Part shown: piece by piece, positions 45,655 to 59,981 of the stretch
Layout: each line of letters opens with the position of its first letter
How positions within the stretch are numbered: the stretch's first letter is position 1
Origin: Eledone cirrhosa
Lineage: Eukaryota
Reading direction: 5' to 3'
Assembly (NCBI GenBank): GCA_964016885.1
Contig: OZ024748.1
Coordinates: 7,316,001 to 7,380,000, forward strand
DNA length: 64,000 nt
Program-made: the position numbers and the translations under genes
Notes under the pieces: generated by a model
Told to the model about the DNA's origin: nothing
Seen by the model: the letters and a program-made list of their open reading frames with translations, nothing else
Database searches by the model: none

Positions 45655-46997
45655 TTGGAAATAAGACAAACTTGACATAAATGTAATTATTTATTTTATG
45701 TGGTAATACATTTCAGACGTAATGAAGAAATAGTGTGTGTATGTGTGTGTGTATATGTGTGTATATATGTGTGTGTATATGTGTATATATGTGTGTATGT
45801 ATAAGTGTGTATGTGTGTATGCTTATGTGTATGCATATGTGTGTATGTGTCTATGTATATGTATGTGAATGTATGTCTGTGTATATATGTGTGTGTATAT
45901 ATGAATGTATGTGTGTATATGTGTATGTATAAGTATGTATGTGTGTATGTTTATGAGTATGTATATGTGTGTGTGTGTGTGTCTGCTTTTATGTATGTGT
46001 ATGTGAATGTGTGTGTGTATGTGTGTGCGTATGTGTATGTGTATGTGTATGTGTGTATGTATGTGTATGACTGTATGTGTCTATGTGTATGTATGTGTAT
46101 GACTGTATGTATCTATATGTATGTATGTGTATGTCAGTATGTGTCTATGTGTATGTTTATGTGTTTGTGCGTGTGTGTGTTGGACCACAGTCGGTTCCGA
46201 CAACGAGTGCTCCAATTGTTTGGACAACGGAATAGCCTATTCGTGAAATTAATATAAAAGTGGATGAGCACTTCACAAGCACGTGTACTCTTAACGTAGT
46301 TCTGAAGAACATTCAGTATCATGAATTGCGTGACAAGGTTGGTCCTTTTGAATTACAGGTATAACTCACATTTGCTGAGTGGATTAAAGCAACGAGAAAT
46401 AATGTTATTTATTTAAATAAACATTGTAAAATATCTATAGTTGATACACGTTATTTTTTATTATTTATCACTAAGAAATTTTAATTACGTTTTTAGGCTT
46501 CCATAAATTTTAACGTGTCTCACGACAATATTTGAATGATGTTAACTCTGACGGGAATTGTCACTTCACCATTTTCTCATACATGAGTGGCACAAACATG
46601 ACTTTTTAGCCCTTCCAAGGATTTAGACTCGTTTCTGCATATGCTGCATCGAAAAAAATGAGAAAAGGCCATGCTCACGCTACATACATGATAGTCGTGA
46701 AGATCAATTGACGCCAGTGTCTGAAGCTTTTATAAATGCAGAAAAGTCTGACATTGAACCAAACCTATCTATGAACAACGGTGAAGGGTTTCCAAAACGA
46801 AGGACTGGTTAATATCTGACCGCCATCGAGTCACTGGTTATACGAAGCGGAGACATGGAAATGTTCAGTTTAGTGCCCGAGTACACAGTTAGCCCACCGG
46901 GAGTGAGAGAACCTTAGTTCTAGTTAGGATATCATTTGAGGAGAAGTAAAACTCTAATGTAATATATACATACATCATACGCACTTGTACACACGTA

Positions 46998-47150
<153 letters not shown>

Positions 47151-47322
47151 GTATATATATATATATATATTAATTCAAAATATTAACAAAAATAGACATT
47201 AGCGTGATCAAATATATTTTATTATACATATTTCAGAGGTACTGAGCTATCTTCAACAGTACGTACTCATCAGATAAAATAAGATGATGTATAACATACC
47301 CTGACTTAGTAGATGGTTAAAA

Positions 47323-47382
<60 letters not shown>

Positions 47383-47407
47383 TATATATATATGTGTGTG
47401 TGTGTGA

Positions 47408-47444
<37 letters not shown>

Positions 47445-47548
47445 GGCCTGGAGAGGGATGGGCTCCGCCAACCTTAAAATGTCCAATAAACGCCCCTACG
47501 ACTATCAGGAGTTACCGAACCATGTATACATATATGTAAATACACATT

Positions 47549-47580
<32 letters not shown>

Positions 47581-47648
47581 CACAGACACCACAGACACAT
47601 GTGTATAATATATATATATATATGTATAATATATGTGCGTGTGTGTAT

Positions 47649-47777
<129 letters not shown>

Positions 47778-48330
47778 TTCTTTTCCAAACCTCGGTACCG
47801 GCCATAAATTCAATTCTCCCTATAAAATATTTTAGGGAGCAAAGGGAAAGAAAGTGTCTCCATTTTCCGAACAGTAGTAGATACCAGCTTGAGTAATCTC
47901 CCTTACATCTTCTCCAGGGTTGTGTTTTATTTTATTTTCCTTCCACGGCGATCAATTAATATTTCCCTGTTGTGAGAAAGGAGCAGACGAAGCATTATCT
48001 TATTGCCACCACTATGTAAGACAGTAGCAGGCTAGTGTCTATGCAATTTACAGCTTTAGAACGAGGACAGCATGAATAACATCCCTTTGTCTGGAAAGAG
48101 TTCTTCCACTTAGACTGCAAATAATTATTACATGATGCCATTAAAATTAATAAAATTAGAATTATCATAATTATTGTTATAATTATCATTATAAAAATAT
48201 ATACATAATATATCCTTTCCCAAATGTCATATTTTGTGGCTATTTTTTTATTTCATATTTCTGGGCAATAAAATTTCATATACCAGTAAATATTTATATA
48301 TACCAGTAAATATATATATATATATATATG

Positions 48331-48413
48331 CAGTGTGTCCCCCAAAAATGTATACACACTTCAACAGCATTCCATTCTAATCAAAATATGTATACATTTT
48401 TGGGGACACCCTA
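48331..48413. mobile_element. ~83-bp Tc1/mariner-type MITE
   Basis: TIRs cagtgtgtcccccaaaaatgtataca / tgtatacatttttggggacaccct, located in (TA)n. Confidence 0.78.
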
Positions 48414-48470
48414 TATATATATACACCCTATATATATATATATATATACACCCTATATATATATATATAC

Positions 48471-48520
<50 letters not shown>

Positions 48521-48593
48521 GTATATATATATATAGGGTGTATATATATATATATATACCCTATATATATATATACCATATATATATATATTA

Positions 48594-48626
<33 letters not shown>

Positions 48627-48725
48627 CATAGGGAGTGTAACTTGGAGTTACTGCAGGTTCACCCGGATGAGCACTCGATGTTTAGGTTCACTTCTGTGGT
48701 GAGGTGTAGACCTATACAGAGTGTA

Positions 48726-48986
48726 ATATATTGAAAGGATAACAAGGACGATTGGTTACTCCTTCATTACATTTATTGGTAGGTGACGCGCGTTTGGCCA
48801 CTGATCAGCTCAAGGTTCGATCTGTATCGATCTTACCCGACTCTATAATCGGCAGCTCGACGGACCCTTTGGCATTTTAAAGGGTCCGTCGAGCTGCCGA
48901 TTATAGAGTCGGGTATAAACGCGCGTCACCTACCAATAAATGTAACGAAGGAGTAACCAATTGTCCTTGTTATCCTTTCAATATAT
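48726..48986. mobile_element. Fold-back element with Penelope-end-like motif
   Basis: Outer arms 48726-48795 / 48917-48986 and inner arms 48835-48870 / 48879-48915. Each outer arm carries aaacgcgcGTCacctaccAATAAA. Confidence 0.7.
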
Positions 48987-49233
48987 ATAATATATATATT
49001 ATATATATTATACTTATATTATATATATATTATATATATAAAAATGAGCGGAACAAGCAAACATAAAACAATATTTTAAATAAATTAAAATACGAGTTAA
49101 ATATTCACCTGTTCTAATGCTGTTACCGAGGGTTTCGCTTATCAAAAGATTATATATATACATATATGTATAGTGTTATTTCGTAAATCTATTGGCGCAC
49201 ACACACATAAATTATATATATTATATATATATA

Positions 49234-49345
49234 ATTGTTTCTACTTTTGGCACAAGGCCAGCAAATACCCAGTGTATTACTGGTACTTTATTTTATCGAC
49301 CCCCGTAAGGATGAAAGGCAAAGTTAACCTCGGCGGGATTTGAAT
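49234..49345 (-). mobile_element. 5'-truncated Meta-like SINE
   Basis: Near-identical reverse complement of ~49590-49703. Confidence 0.88.
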
Positions 49346-49467
49346 ATATACATTATTATATATATATAATAATGTATATATATACATTATTATATATATA
49401 TATAATAATGTATATATATACACACATACACAAATTTATTTATATATATAGATTCCCGAATTGTGTG

Positions 49468-49523
49468 TAGGGTAAAGACAGTTAAAAAACGTACTCGATA
49501 CATTGGTAGAGTATAGGCATCAT
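49468..49523 (-). mobile_element. Family A 3'-end fragment abutting a SINE
   Basis: agggtaaagacagtt..gtactcgatacattggtagagtataggcatcat resembles 35630-35685. Confidence 0.55.
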
Positions 49524-49703
49524 GGCAGTATCGGTAGAGGGTCGGACGCCATGCTTTGACGCATAGAGTTACGGCCCTTGCGATTCTGAGTTCAAATCCC
49601 GCCGAGGTTAACTTTGCCTTTCATCCTTACGGGGTCGATAAAATAAAGTACCAGTAATACAATGGTTAATTGCTGGCCTTGTGCCAAAAGTAGAAACAAT
49701 TAT
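49523..49703 (+). mobile_element. Near full-length Meta-like tRNA-derived SINE
   Basis: A-box tggcagtatcgg, B-box gagttcaaatcc, central domain, tail ..aaagtagaaacaatt. Confidence 0.9.
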
Positions 49704-49736
49704 TATATATAGAAATAATTTCTACAAGCGGTCGGA

Positions 49737-49801
<65 letters not shown>

Positions 49802-52231
49802 TTGTACGTATAATTTATGTATGTGTGTTAGTATGTGTGCGTGTGACCATATGAGAGTGCGTGTATGTTTATATTTGTAAAGGTGTGTTTATTTATAAAG
49901 GCGTGTGTTTTTTTTTTGGGGGGGTGAGGTTACGGCGTGTCTCTATTTGTAAATGTGTTTGTATATTTGTAAAGTTGTGTGTGTAAAGGTGTGTGTATAT
50001 ATTTATAAATTATAAAGAAATATGTACTCACTTATACTGTCCATGGAATAATTAGTTATTGTATATCCTACAAAAATCAGGCACAACTTTCGCCGAAGAG
50101 ATCCCCAAACTTTCATGGCATCCCTTCAAATATCAGTTATATTTATAACATATGTGTCTCCTGTCACAAGTTTAAGATTTGTGCCTGTTACAAATGATAC
50201 ATTTTTCTTCGTTTGCAGGAAGTATGTTAAGAAAGAGTGTTAACCTTTTTTCAAATCATAGTTTTATATTTTCACGAGTTTCCTCTAAGAAGAGAAGCTT
50301 GATGCGGTATTTATATTTCGAAATGTGCCACTTTCATAGTTAACGTCACTGGAATATTTCCCAGGGATGTCTTCCGAATGAAGAACATATAGTTAAGTGC
50401 TGGCAAAGGTATTTAATGTAGAGAAGTGTAACAAAATTTTTAATCAATTCAAATTACACGCGAAATTGGGGGTAAAACCCCAACATTATTCTATGATTTT
50501 TTTTAGAAGAAACATATCTAAATATTGTTATATTAGGGGAGGGTCATGTTGTTCTAAGATTGCCAGAAAAATATAGTAAAACACACTCACAGTTTGGTTT
50601 GGTTTTTGCTTCAGTATATCTTTACGGTTTCATATAAAAAAAAAACGTTGCAAAACAAATACATATCCGACATATCTAAATAGATATATGAAATGTTGTT
50701 GTTGTCGTCGTCATTGGTTATCCCTGGGTAAGCACTGCTATAATGAAAGCTATTACAGTCATAACCGTTTCCTCATTTTCTTTTCTTTTGTACCAGTAAT
50801 CACATTATCTGACGTTTCCTCCGTTTCTTTTAAAAAGACAGGATTTAATGTGAGGGAGGTTCGGCTACAATTAACAACAGAGTGTTCCTTAATGTAGACC
50901 CTCCTTCAATGGCTCCAGGAATTGTAGGGTAACACCCTAGTGAAATCTAAGTACGAACATTCAACATGTGTCGGTTACTTTGTTGCAATGGATTGGTACA
51001 AAGCCAACGGATGGAAATTTCGTATTTCTCATGCAACACCCCTTCTCTCTCTACCTATCTGTCTGTCTTTTTTATCTTCGTCTCTATTTATCTATATACC
51101 TCACTCTTACCCCTTCTCTCACACCCTCTCTTTCTCCCCTTCGATTCGTCCAATTGATAATTGACATAAACGAGTCCTCTAGAGTGAAGCTCTCATTTAT
51201 TTCAAAACAAAGAGCCAGTATATTTAGAGAGATACAATGGTATATAATGACATTTTATGTCTTTCAAGAATGTCTTTTACGATATACACGCAGTAAACTG
51301 GCTTCATCCGAGAATTAAAACCGTTTTACTAAAATATAGTTTTGGAATAATCGTGGGAATATTTCCAGTGTCATGAGCTTCACCTCAAAATTTAAACTAA
51401 CAGGTTATATCAAGTTTGAGCCATTGTTTAGAACTCTCTCCAATAAAGTCACGATTTCTATATCATCATTGTTGTATGGCAGCGCTGATTGAACAGACTT
51501 ATGTTCAAAGACGTTACAGCCATGACCACTGTATATTTTTTCTCTATTTCAGACAGTGTGTTAAGGACCACACTATCTACAGTCTTCTTTTAATTTTTTT
51601 TTTTTAAGGTGGGGTTTAAAATGGCGGGTTTTGAGGAGTATGTGGCTGCTATTGCGCTCAGGGTAAGCTACCACATACAGTACAATGATGATGATGATGA
51701 TGATATATATATAAGTTTAACAGTTGATATAGTGGGAAACGAATCTTAAAGTTTCAAGCATAAGTCCTTGATTGGAAGATAGAATGTGAAGAGAGAATCT
51801 AACCTTCGGTTAAACAACAACAACAGCAACAACTACAACGATTAGTAACCCAAAGTTACCTAACAAAAAGACACTTCCCACCAAAATATGGCAGATAACA
51901 ATTAAAGAAGAAAGCTACACCAGAAATTAAACCCTATAATAAAAAATAAATATATAGTTAACTTATAATAAATCTATATTATTCCTCTCTTGGGAAGACG
52001 GTTTGTCTGTCTCTTATCCACGTCGAAGTCTAAAGAAACGTTAAGAAAAATCATACTTTCACATTAGATTAGTGATGATGACAAGGGAGTTTAAGGAAGA
52101 CACTAGTGGATGTGATGGGTGAGGTCGGTGTAGCGGGGCCAGCGGGATTATAATGACTATAGAGTTATATATAAAGATATTTTATTTCAAAGAAACAGAA
52201 GGTAAAAATTAACACCGGAAATGCTTCCATG

Positions 52232-52340
<109 letters not shown>

Positions 52341-52380
52341 CCTCATCAGTTAATTTCCAATTGCAATTAGATACTTCCTC

Positions 52381-52510
<130 letters not shown>

Positions 52511-52628
52511 GTATACATATATACATATGTATTCATATATATATATATGTAAACATATATATATACACATAAATACACATATACGTATATAAATATATAT
52601 AAATATATGCATATATATGTGTGTATGA

Positions 52629-52670
<42 letters not shown>

Positions 52671-52673
52671 ATA

Positions 52674-52798
<125 letters not shown>

Positions 52799-53275
52799 AT
52801 ATATATGTGTATATATATATGTGTGTGTGTGTGTATGTGTACTTCCTTCAGAATACATCTGACACTTCCTGGTGTAAAGTTACGTCACTATCTTTTTAGA
52901 CAAACACTGATTTTCAACTCAATAGGCCAGGACAGTGTAGGAAGCAGGTGGGTGAGTTGGTACGGGTGGCAGATTCTAAGGTAGGGACCTCTTTCTCTGG
53001 TGGGGGCACAGATAATACATTTTGATGAAGAATTACCTCATATAAATTATCTTTCTCCTTATTTTATTCCATTCAGTTGTATGTATGTATATCATGTGTA
53101 CTACATGGACATCTATATACCTGTAACACATACATGCATTATACACACCAAGTCACTACATTATATACACTGTATATATATATATATATATATATATGTA
53201 GATAAATCTACCAAGAGTTTACGGTAGTGTTTTATTCAGTATTTTTTTAATATTTTATAATATATATATATATAT

Positions 53276-53480
53276 TTTTTATTTTATTTTATAGAAGGAG
53301 CTTCTACAGGACTAGTACTGTTTCATTCAGATGAAATCTTCAGGGCTTCCTGAAGATTTCATCTGAATGAAACAGTACTAGTCCTGTAGAAGCTCCTTCT
53401 ATAAAATAAAAAAATTTTACTCTGCCATGTATTGAGTACCTTACTTACTGTGGTTATCCCCGACTCAACCCGGGACCTAC
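53276..53480. mobile_element. Family A element with perfect inverted 5' duplication
   Basis: 53285-53344 is mirrored by 53349-53409. The plus unit continues tgtattgagtaccttacttactgtggttatccccgactcaacccggga into (TA)n. Confidence 0.85.
53343..53395 (+). ncRNA. Candidate type I hammerhead ribozyme (family A, best copy)
   Basis: gggcttc-CTGAAGA-tttcatctgaat-GAAA-cag-tactagtc-ctg-TA-gaagctc. 7-bp stem I (one G-U), stem II ttc/gaa closed by U-U, stem III ACAG/CTGT, GUA site. Confidence 0.7.
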
Positions 53481-53534
<54 letters not shown>

Positions 53535-53656
53535 TGTATATGATGTACTGCCTTGATATATAACGTATGTATGAGTTACTGGTCTCTCTCTCTTTCTCCC
53601 TCTCTGTCATTCTCTGTCTCTCTCTCGCTCTCTCCCTCTCTGTACATATATATATA

Positions 53657-53810
53657 TAGGAAGAGAGTCAGGACCCCGAACGGATCTAGCTGTCGAAACG
53701 GCCGGAGCTCAGCCGTTGGGGTCCTGACTCTTTTCCTATTACCCACTCTACTACCCTAAGTATCGAGTAACTATGGTCCACCTGGCATCTTATCACATCT
53801 TCTTTGTTCC
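53657..53810 (+). mobile_element. Family B element with short inverted 5' duplication
   Basis: taggaagagagtcaggaccccgaacgg mirrors ccgttggggtcctgactcttttccta. Contains GAAA-cggc-cggagctca-gccg-TT. Confidence 0.7.
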
Positions 53811-53837
53811 CCTCAATCTATCGTATTTCTCATTCTT

Positions 53838-53873
53838 TCTTCTGATGAAGGACTAGCGTCCGAAACGTTAAGA
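53838..53873 (+). ncRNA. Candidate minimal (dimer-type) hammerhead ribozyme
   Basis: tctt-CTGATGA-a-GGAC-tagc-GTCC-GAAA-c-GTT-aaga. Stem I tctt/aaga, 4-bp stem II with tetraloop, palindromic AACGTT in place of stem III. Confidence 0.7.
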
Positions 53874-53957
53874 CCCTCTTCCTGCTATATCAAGCGTTAA
53901 CCTAATATATCCCTTCCATATACTGTACCGATTGTGTTGTTATTTCTGTTTACCCTT

Positions 53958-54008
<51 letters not shown>

Positions 54009-55351
54009 TATTCTAATTACTAACTCTATTTTAACGTAGAGTTTTAGAAGATGGAGAGACTCAATTAAGTTAGTGGTCTCAAATTTAAATTTGTGTCTCA
54101 TTAATTTACTTCTCCATATAATTACTTTCTTTTCTTTTATTGTTTTCCTTTCTTTCTCTTTAAAGTATTTTTTTCTTTTAGTGTTACATATGGATATATT
54201 TGAACACTCTTCGATTATTTCTGAGAAGAAATCTATCTTACTTTTTTTGACCAGTTCCTATTTGTTACAAGAAATAGCGTGTGTTCTTTTTTTTGTTTTA
54301 TTCTTCCTGCTAATAGCATTAGTTTTAGTGTGATTCCTACATCTATTCGAACACTTTTTGGCACATAATTCTATTTTGGAAAAATTGCGTGGTGGACATT
54401 GGATGGTACCGAAGAAGAAGAACAAAACACACACACACACACATACAGCATCTGATATGTGTTAAGATAAAGAAAATAACCACCACAACAACAACAACAG
54501 AATCCAAAGATAGGAACAGCTAAAGACATATTCTAGTTGTTCCAATTTGTCTTACCTTTAATACAAGTCCAAGCAATACTGTTTTATTATTTTTATTCTT
54601 TTTTTTTTTTCATTCAAACTTCTCTAACATAAATGTTTCTTTTTTATTGACCTATATTACACTTTCGAAGATATCTTTAAGCAGTTTTTACAACACTATC
54701 CAGACCGGACTTACAAGCTGGAAAGCTTAATAAATGAAGTTAGGAAATAATAATAAAAAAAGGAGAGAGAGAGAGGGGGGAGAGGGACGAGAAGATGTTT
54801 GGTAGAAATGACATTTCTTATTATTGATTATTATTTGGAACTGTCTGGTAAAAGGTCAGGAAGCCTATTACTGTAGAGCGTGTTTCTTTGCAATAAAACC
54901 TTATGTATGGTGTTAGGATGACTTAATCGAATGTTGGAAACGAAAGTTTGATGTGTCAAGAAACAAAACAAAACAAAGAAAAAGAAAAGAAAAGAAAGGA
55001 AAAGAAAAGAAAAGACTGCCAAAAGAAAGAGAATATCATACGTCAATTGAGTGTAACAGGCGACCAAGTATGGACGCCATTTTAACATTTGCCTTGCTCT
55101 TTGCTCTGACGCTCTTTCAGTGTTACTTTAAATTGAGTTAGTGGAAATAAAAAAATGACACAAGACATTCAGTTGAGTTTGCTGAGGCAAGCACAATAAT
55201 ACTGCAATATACTATCTCTATTTGGTGAAGTCTTCGCTAGGAAATAGGAAATAGAAACACGTTGTAACTTTAGCTGCTGGACATGAATAGGACATGAATA
55301 TATATATATATATATTCATGTTCTCTTTCTCCCTCTCTCTATCTCTCTCTT

Positions 55352-55515
<164 letters not shown>

Positions 55516-55669
55516 GTATTTCTGTTCGTCTGATTATATTTTTCTCACTTTCTTGAATATATTTCTTAAAGTGATGCAAAGAACTTTCGCAATTTTCTTC
55601 TAAATAACTTTTCCAGGTTAGAATGTAAAGGTGTGACGTCTTACAACTAATTTTATTTATGTCCTCTAC

Positions 55670-55726
55670 GGAAGTGACCATAAGAAATTGTAGAAATAGT
55701 CTGCTTTTGGTTAAACGTATGCATAC

Positions 55727-55793
<67 letters not shown>

Positions 55794-56131
55794 TTGTGTA
55801 TAATGGTAGCTATGGTGCTTCCATAGGCGGTATGCCAAAATTAGCACTCAATATTCATACAGAGCAGAGTGTGGATAGTATAAAAAAACGAAAAATCAGT
55901 GATGCATCTGGACTCAGTTTATTGCGTGGTACAATTGTTTCGCCGGCAGGTAGCTCGAGACATGATCACTGTATGGATCTGGCTGATTCTACGGCTGCAG
56001 GTTCCTTCGGACACGGGCAGTGCGTACGGAGCAAATTTTCTCAATTGTAACACGCAAAAAACTGAGTCCAGATGCATCACTGATTTTTCGTTTTTTTTAT
56101 ACTATATATCTATATATATATATATTATATA

Positions 56132-56226
<95 letters not shown>

Positions 56227-56331
56227 TATAAATATGTATATATATATGTATATATATATGATGATGATAATTATGGAAGTAACCATAAGAAATTGTAGAA
56301 ATAGTCTGCTTTTGGTTAAACGTATGCATAC

Positions 56332-56407
<76 letters not shown>

Positions 56408-56585
56408 TTATATAATGTATATATATATAATATATATATAATATATATATATATAATATATATATATATAATATATATATATATGTATATATACATGTAT
56501 ATATATGATGATGATGATTATGGAAGTAACCATAAGAAATTGTAAAAATATTCTGCTCTTTGTTAAACGTATGCATACATTATAT
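55670..56585. repeat. Three dispersed-tandem copies of a ~62-bp core
   Basis: ggaagt(g/a)accataagaaattgtagaaatagtctgcttttggttaaacgtatgcatacatta at ~55670, ~56275 and ~56522 (third copy diverged). Confidence 0.88.
55875..56105. mobile_element. ~230-bp element bounded by ~63-bp inverted repeats
   Basis: atagtataaaaaaacgaaaaatcagtgatgcatctggactcagtttattgcgtggtacaattg versus caattgtaacacgcaaaaactgagtccagatgcatcactgatttttcgttttttttatactat. Confidence 0.8.
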
Positions 56586-56603
56586 ATATATATATATATA
56601 TTT

Positions 56604-56639
<36 letters not shown>

Positions 56640-56654
56640 TATATATATATATAT

Positions 56655-56775
<121 letters not shown>

Positions 56776-57061
56776 GATGATGATGATGATGGCTGCAATT
56801 CGATTTCGAGTAAAGCCATCGATTGCTATTAAACATGAGCATCACAGGCGTGGCTTTTTAGACCTGCTAGGGACTTGCTTATGGCCAGCCAGCAATACCA
56901 TGCATTGCCAAAAATGTCACATATCTCTGAACAGTGAATATATTTGCCCCAAAAGAAGAACGGGTCTACATCATTGCAAATGAAGTTGCGGGTTTTATAT
57001 CTAAGTGACCTTCTCATAGAGAGATGTCTTTATGAAACCCAGGAGTCTCTCGCACCACAAA

Positions 57062-57097
<36 letters not shown>

Positions 57098-57833
57098 TTA
57101 ACGATGAAAATGAGAGAAAAATCCGAGATAGGTAGTTAATTAGTTCAGCACCCCATCCCCCAACATATCAAATTTAGCTTGACGCAAGTAATTGGAATTG
57201 AGAAGTCATACAGGTATTAAATTCAAAAATTCTAACCATCATAAAATTAAAAAGGCCAGCTGAGGGCACAAATGAATTGCTACGGCCGTCGCTGGTACCC
57301 TCCCCATACATACACACACACATTGCAGGATGCCCCCTTTGCCCCATTAAATCCAACCCTACCAAGACCACCATCACCACAAAACTATAAACAATCCCAA
57401 AATACATGAAATGATAATAAAATATGAAAGATTTTCAAAGTTAACCATATTTATTACTTAGTTTTACTGTCGTATTAATTAATATGTTAAGTCATTAATT
57501 AGTTAAGACATGTCTTGACTTGTATCATAAATATATGGAAGATATGTTATGATGTCAAAGGGAATAAAGAAAATAGGGAGATAGATACACAGAAGCGTCT
57601 AGAATGTCGTCTGCTTATCAAAGGATCAAATTGTGTCCGCTGGATTTGATGAAAGGAAAACTCCACCATGGTCGTCTGCAAAGGTAGTTTAGTTAATCAT
57701 GATGTGATAGTATGAAAGAACTCTACGTTACGCAACTCATCCATCGTTGATGTTGATGTTGTCGCCAGGATCTTACGTTACCAGGCCATTGAAATATATA
57801 TATATATATATATATAATATATATATATATATA

Positions 57834-58130
<297 letters not shown>

Positions 58131-58168
58131 TACATATATATATTTACATATATATATGAATTATATGT

Positions 58169-58225
<57 letters not shown>

Positions 58226-58318
58226 CATACATATATAAATTATATATTATGTTATGTGTATATATATATATTTATATATATATTTATATATATATTCATA
58301 TACATACATACATATATA

Positions 58319-58362
<44 letters not shown>

Positions 58363-59129
58363 GATATATATATATAGATATAGATATATAGACATATATA
58401 TATAGACATAAATATACATAGAGAGAAAACGAGAGAAAAAATATAGCTTGATAGACACAAATATATACATATATACACGCACACGCATACAAACACACAT
58501 GTATATACATATACATACATACATACAATGCATATACACACACAGACACATAAACTCCACCCCCAAAAAGTGTGTGTACATCCTATGCTAAAGTATTTCT
58601 ATTTCCTTGACTGCTACTTCGCATTATCTCCCTTACAACGTCTTCCGTTATCTTTTGCTAAACTTAATACTTTTTAACTCTTTCTTTCAGCGTTAAACTA
58701 AGGAATGATTATATGGTTATTGAAACTATTGTTTTGAAGAACCTTTTTAGTGGAATTTGTTACAAATATATCCATTCATTAATCCAAATAGAGAACTTCT
58801 TGACTTTCCTAATGTTATCTCAACATTCTTGGTGGTTGTTCCTGCACAAAACCAGTTACTAATACGGCAGCCACTTACCATGTTTTTAATAAGGGTTACA
58901 TATTCCCTTTTCATCGCAAGCAGACCTAGACACTCTTTCTACGCTCCCTGCTTTAATCCGGTAGAATAATATGTTGGGAGGAGAAACGGCTGCGCGACCA
59001 CAGAGCTGGTACTTTCTTCATCGTTCCCGGAAGGATGAAATGGCAATTCAAACTCGATGTAGTTTGGTGGGTGATACATAAATACACACACATATACACA
59101 CACACAAACACAAATATATATATATCCAT

Positions 59130-59404
<275 letters not shown>

Positions 59405-59411
59405 CATACAC

Positions 59412-59443
<32 letters not shown>

Positions 59444-59627
59444 TTAGAGAGACGAGAGGACGTGGGAAATATTGTACATATACTGTGTACAAAGAGTATA
59501 CTGTAGAGATATTTATGCCGAATTAAAAGAGAAGACGGAGTTGATGTTTCGGGTTAAGCCCTTCATCAAGGTTGTGTAAGAATAAAAAAGAATAATTAGT
59601 ATAGGAACCATACCAAGTCCCGAGAGT

Positions 59628-59780
59628 AAGTTCTGAATGCAAATCACGGCGAAGTTAGATTTGCTATTCATCCATAAAAGGTCGATAAAATAAAGTACCA
59701 GTAATATACTAGGATTAATTCAATCGACCCCCCCCCCCCTCCCCTTGCAATCGTTGGCCTTGTGACTAAATCAGAAATTA
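59628..59780 (+). mobile_element. Degenerate Meta-like SINE
   Basis: ttcatccataaaaggtcgataaaataaagtaccagtaat..tggccttgtgactaaatcagaaa. Confidence 0.75.
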
Positions 59781-59840
59781 TCATTATTACATTTTGTTGT
59801 GGTCACAGTGGTTAGGTTAGATAAGAAAAGTACATTTTAT

Positions 59841-59842
59841 GT

Positions 59843-59911
<69 letters not shown>

Positions 59912-59912
59912 G

Positions 59913-59945
<33 letters not shown>

Positions 59946-59946
59946 T

Positions 59947-59981
<35 letters not shown>
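59841..59981. repeat. (TAG)n microsatellite
   Basis: agt repeat giving poly-S/T pseudo-ORFs. Confidence 0.95.

Noticed and set aside
50345-51372. cactggaatatttccc / gggaatatttccagtg as TIRs of a ~1 kb transposon
   Set aside because: Short imperfect match, no TSD and no transposase remnant seen.
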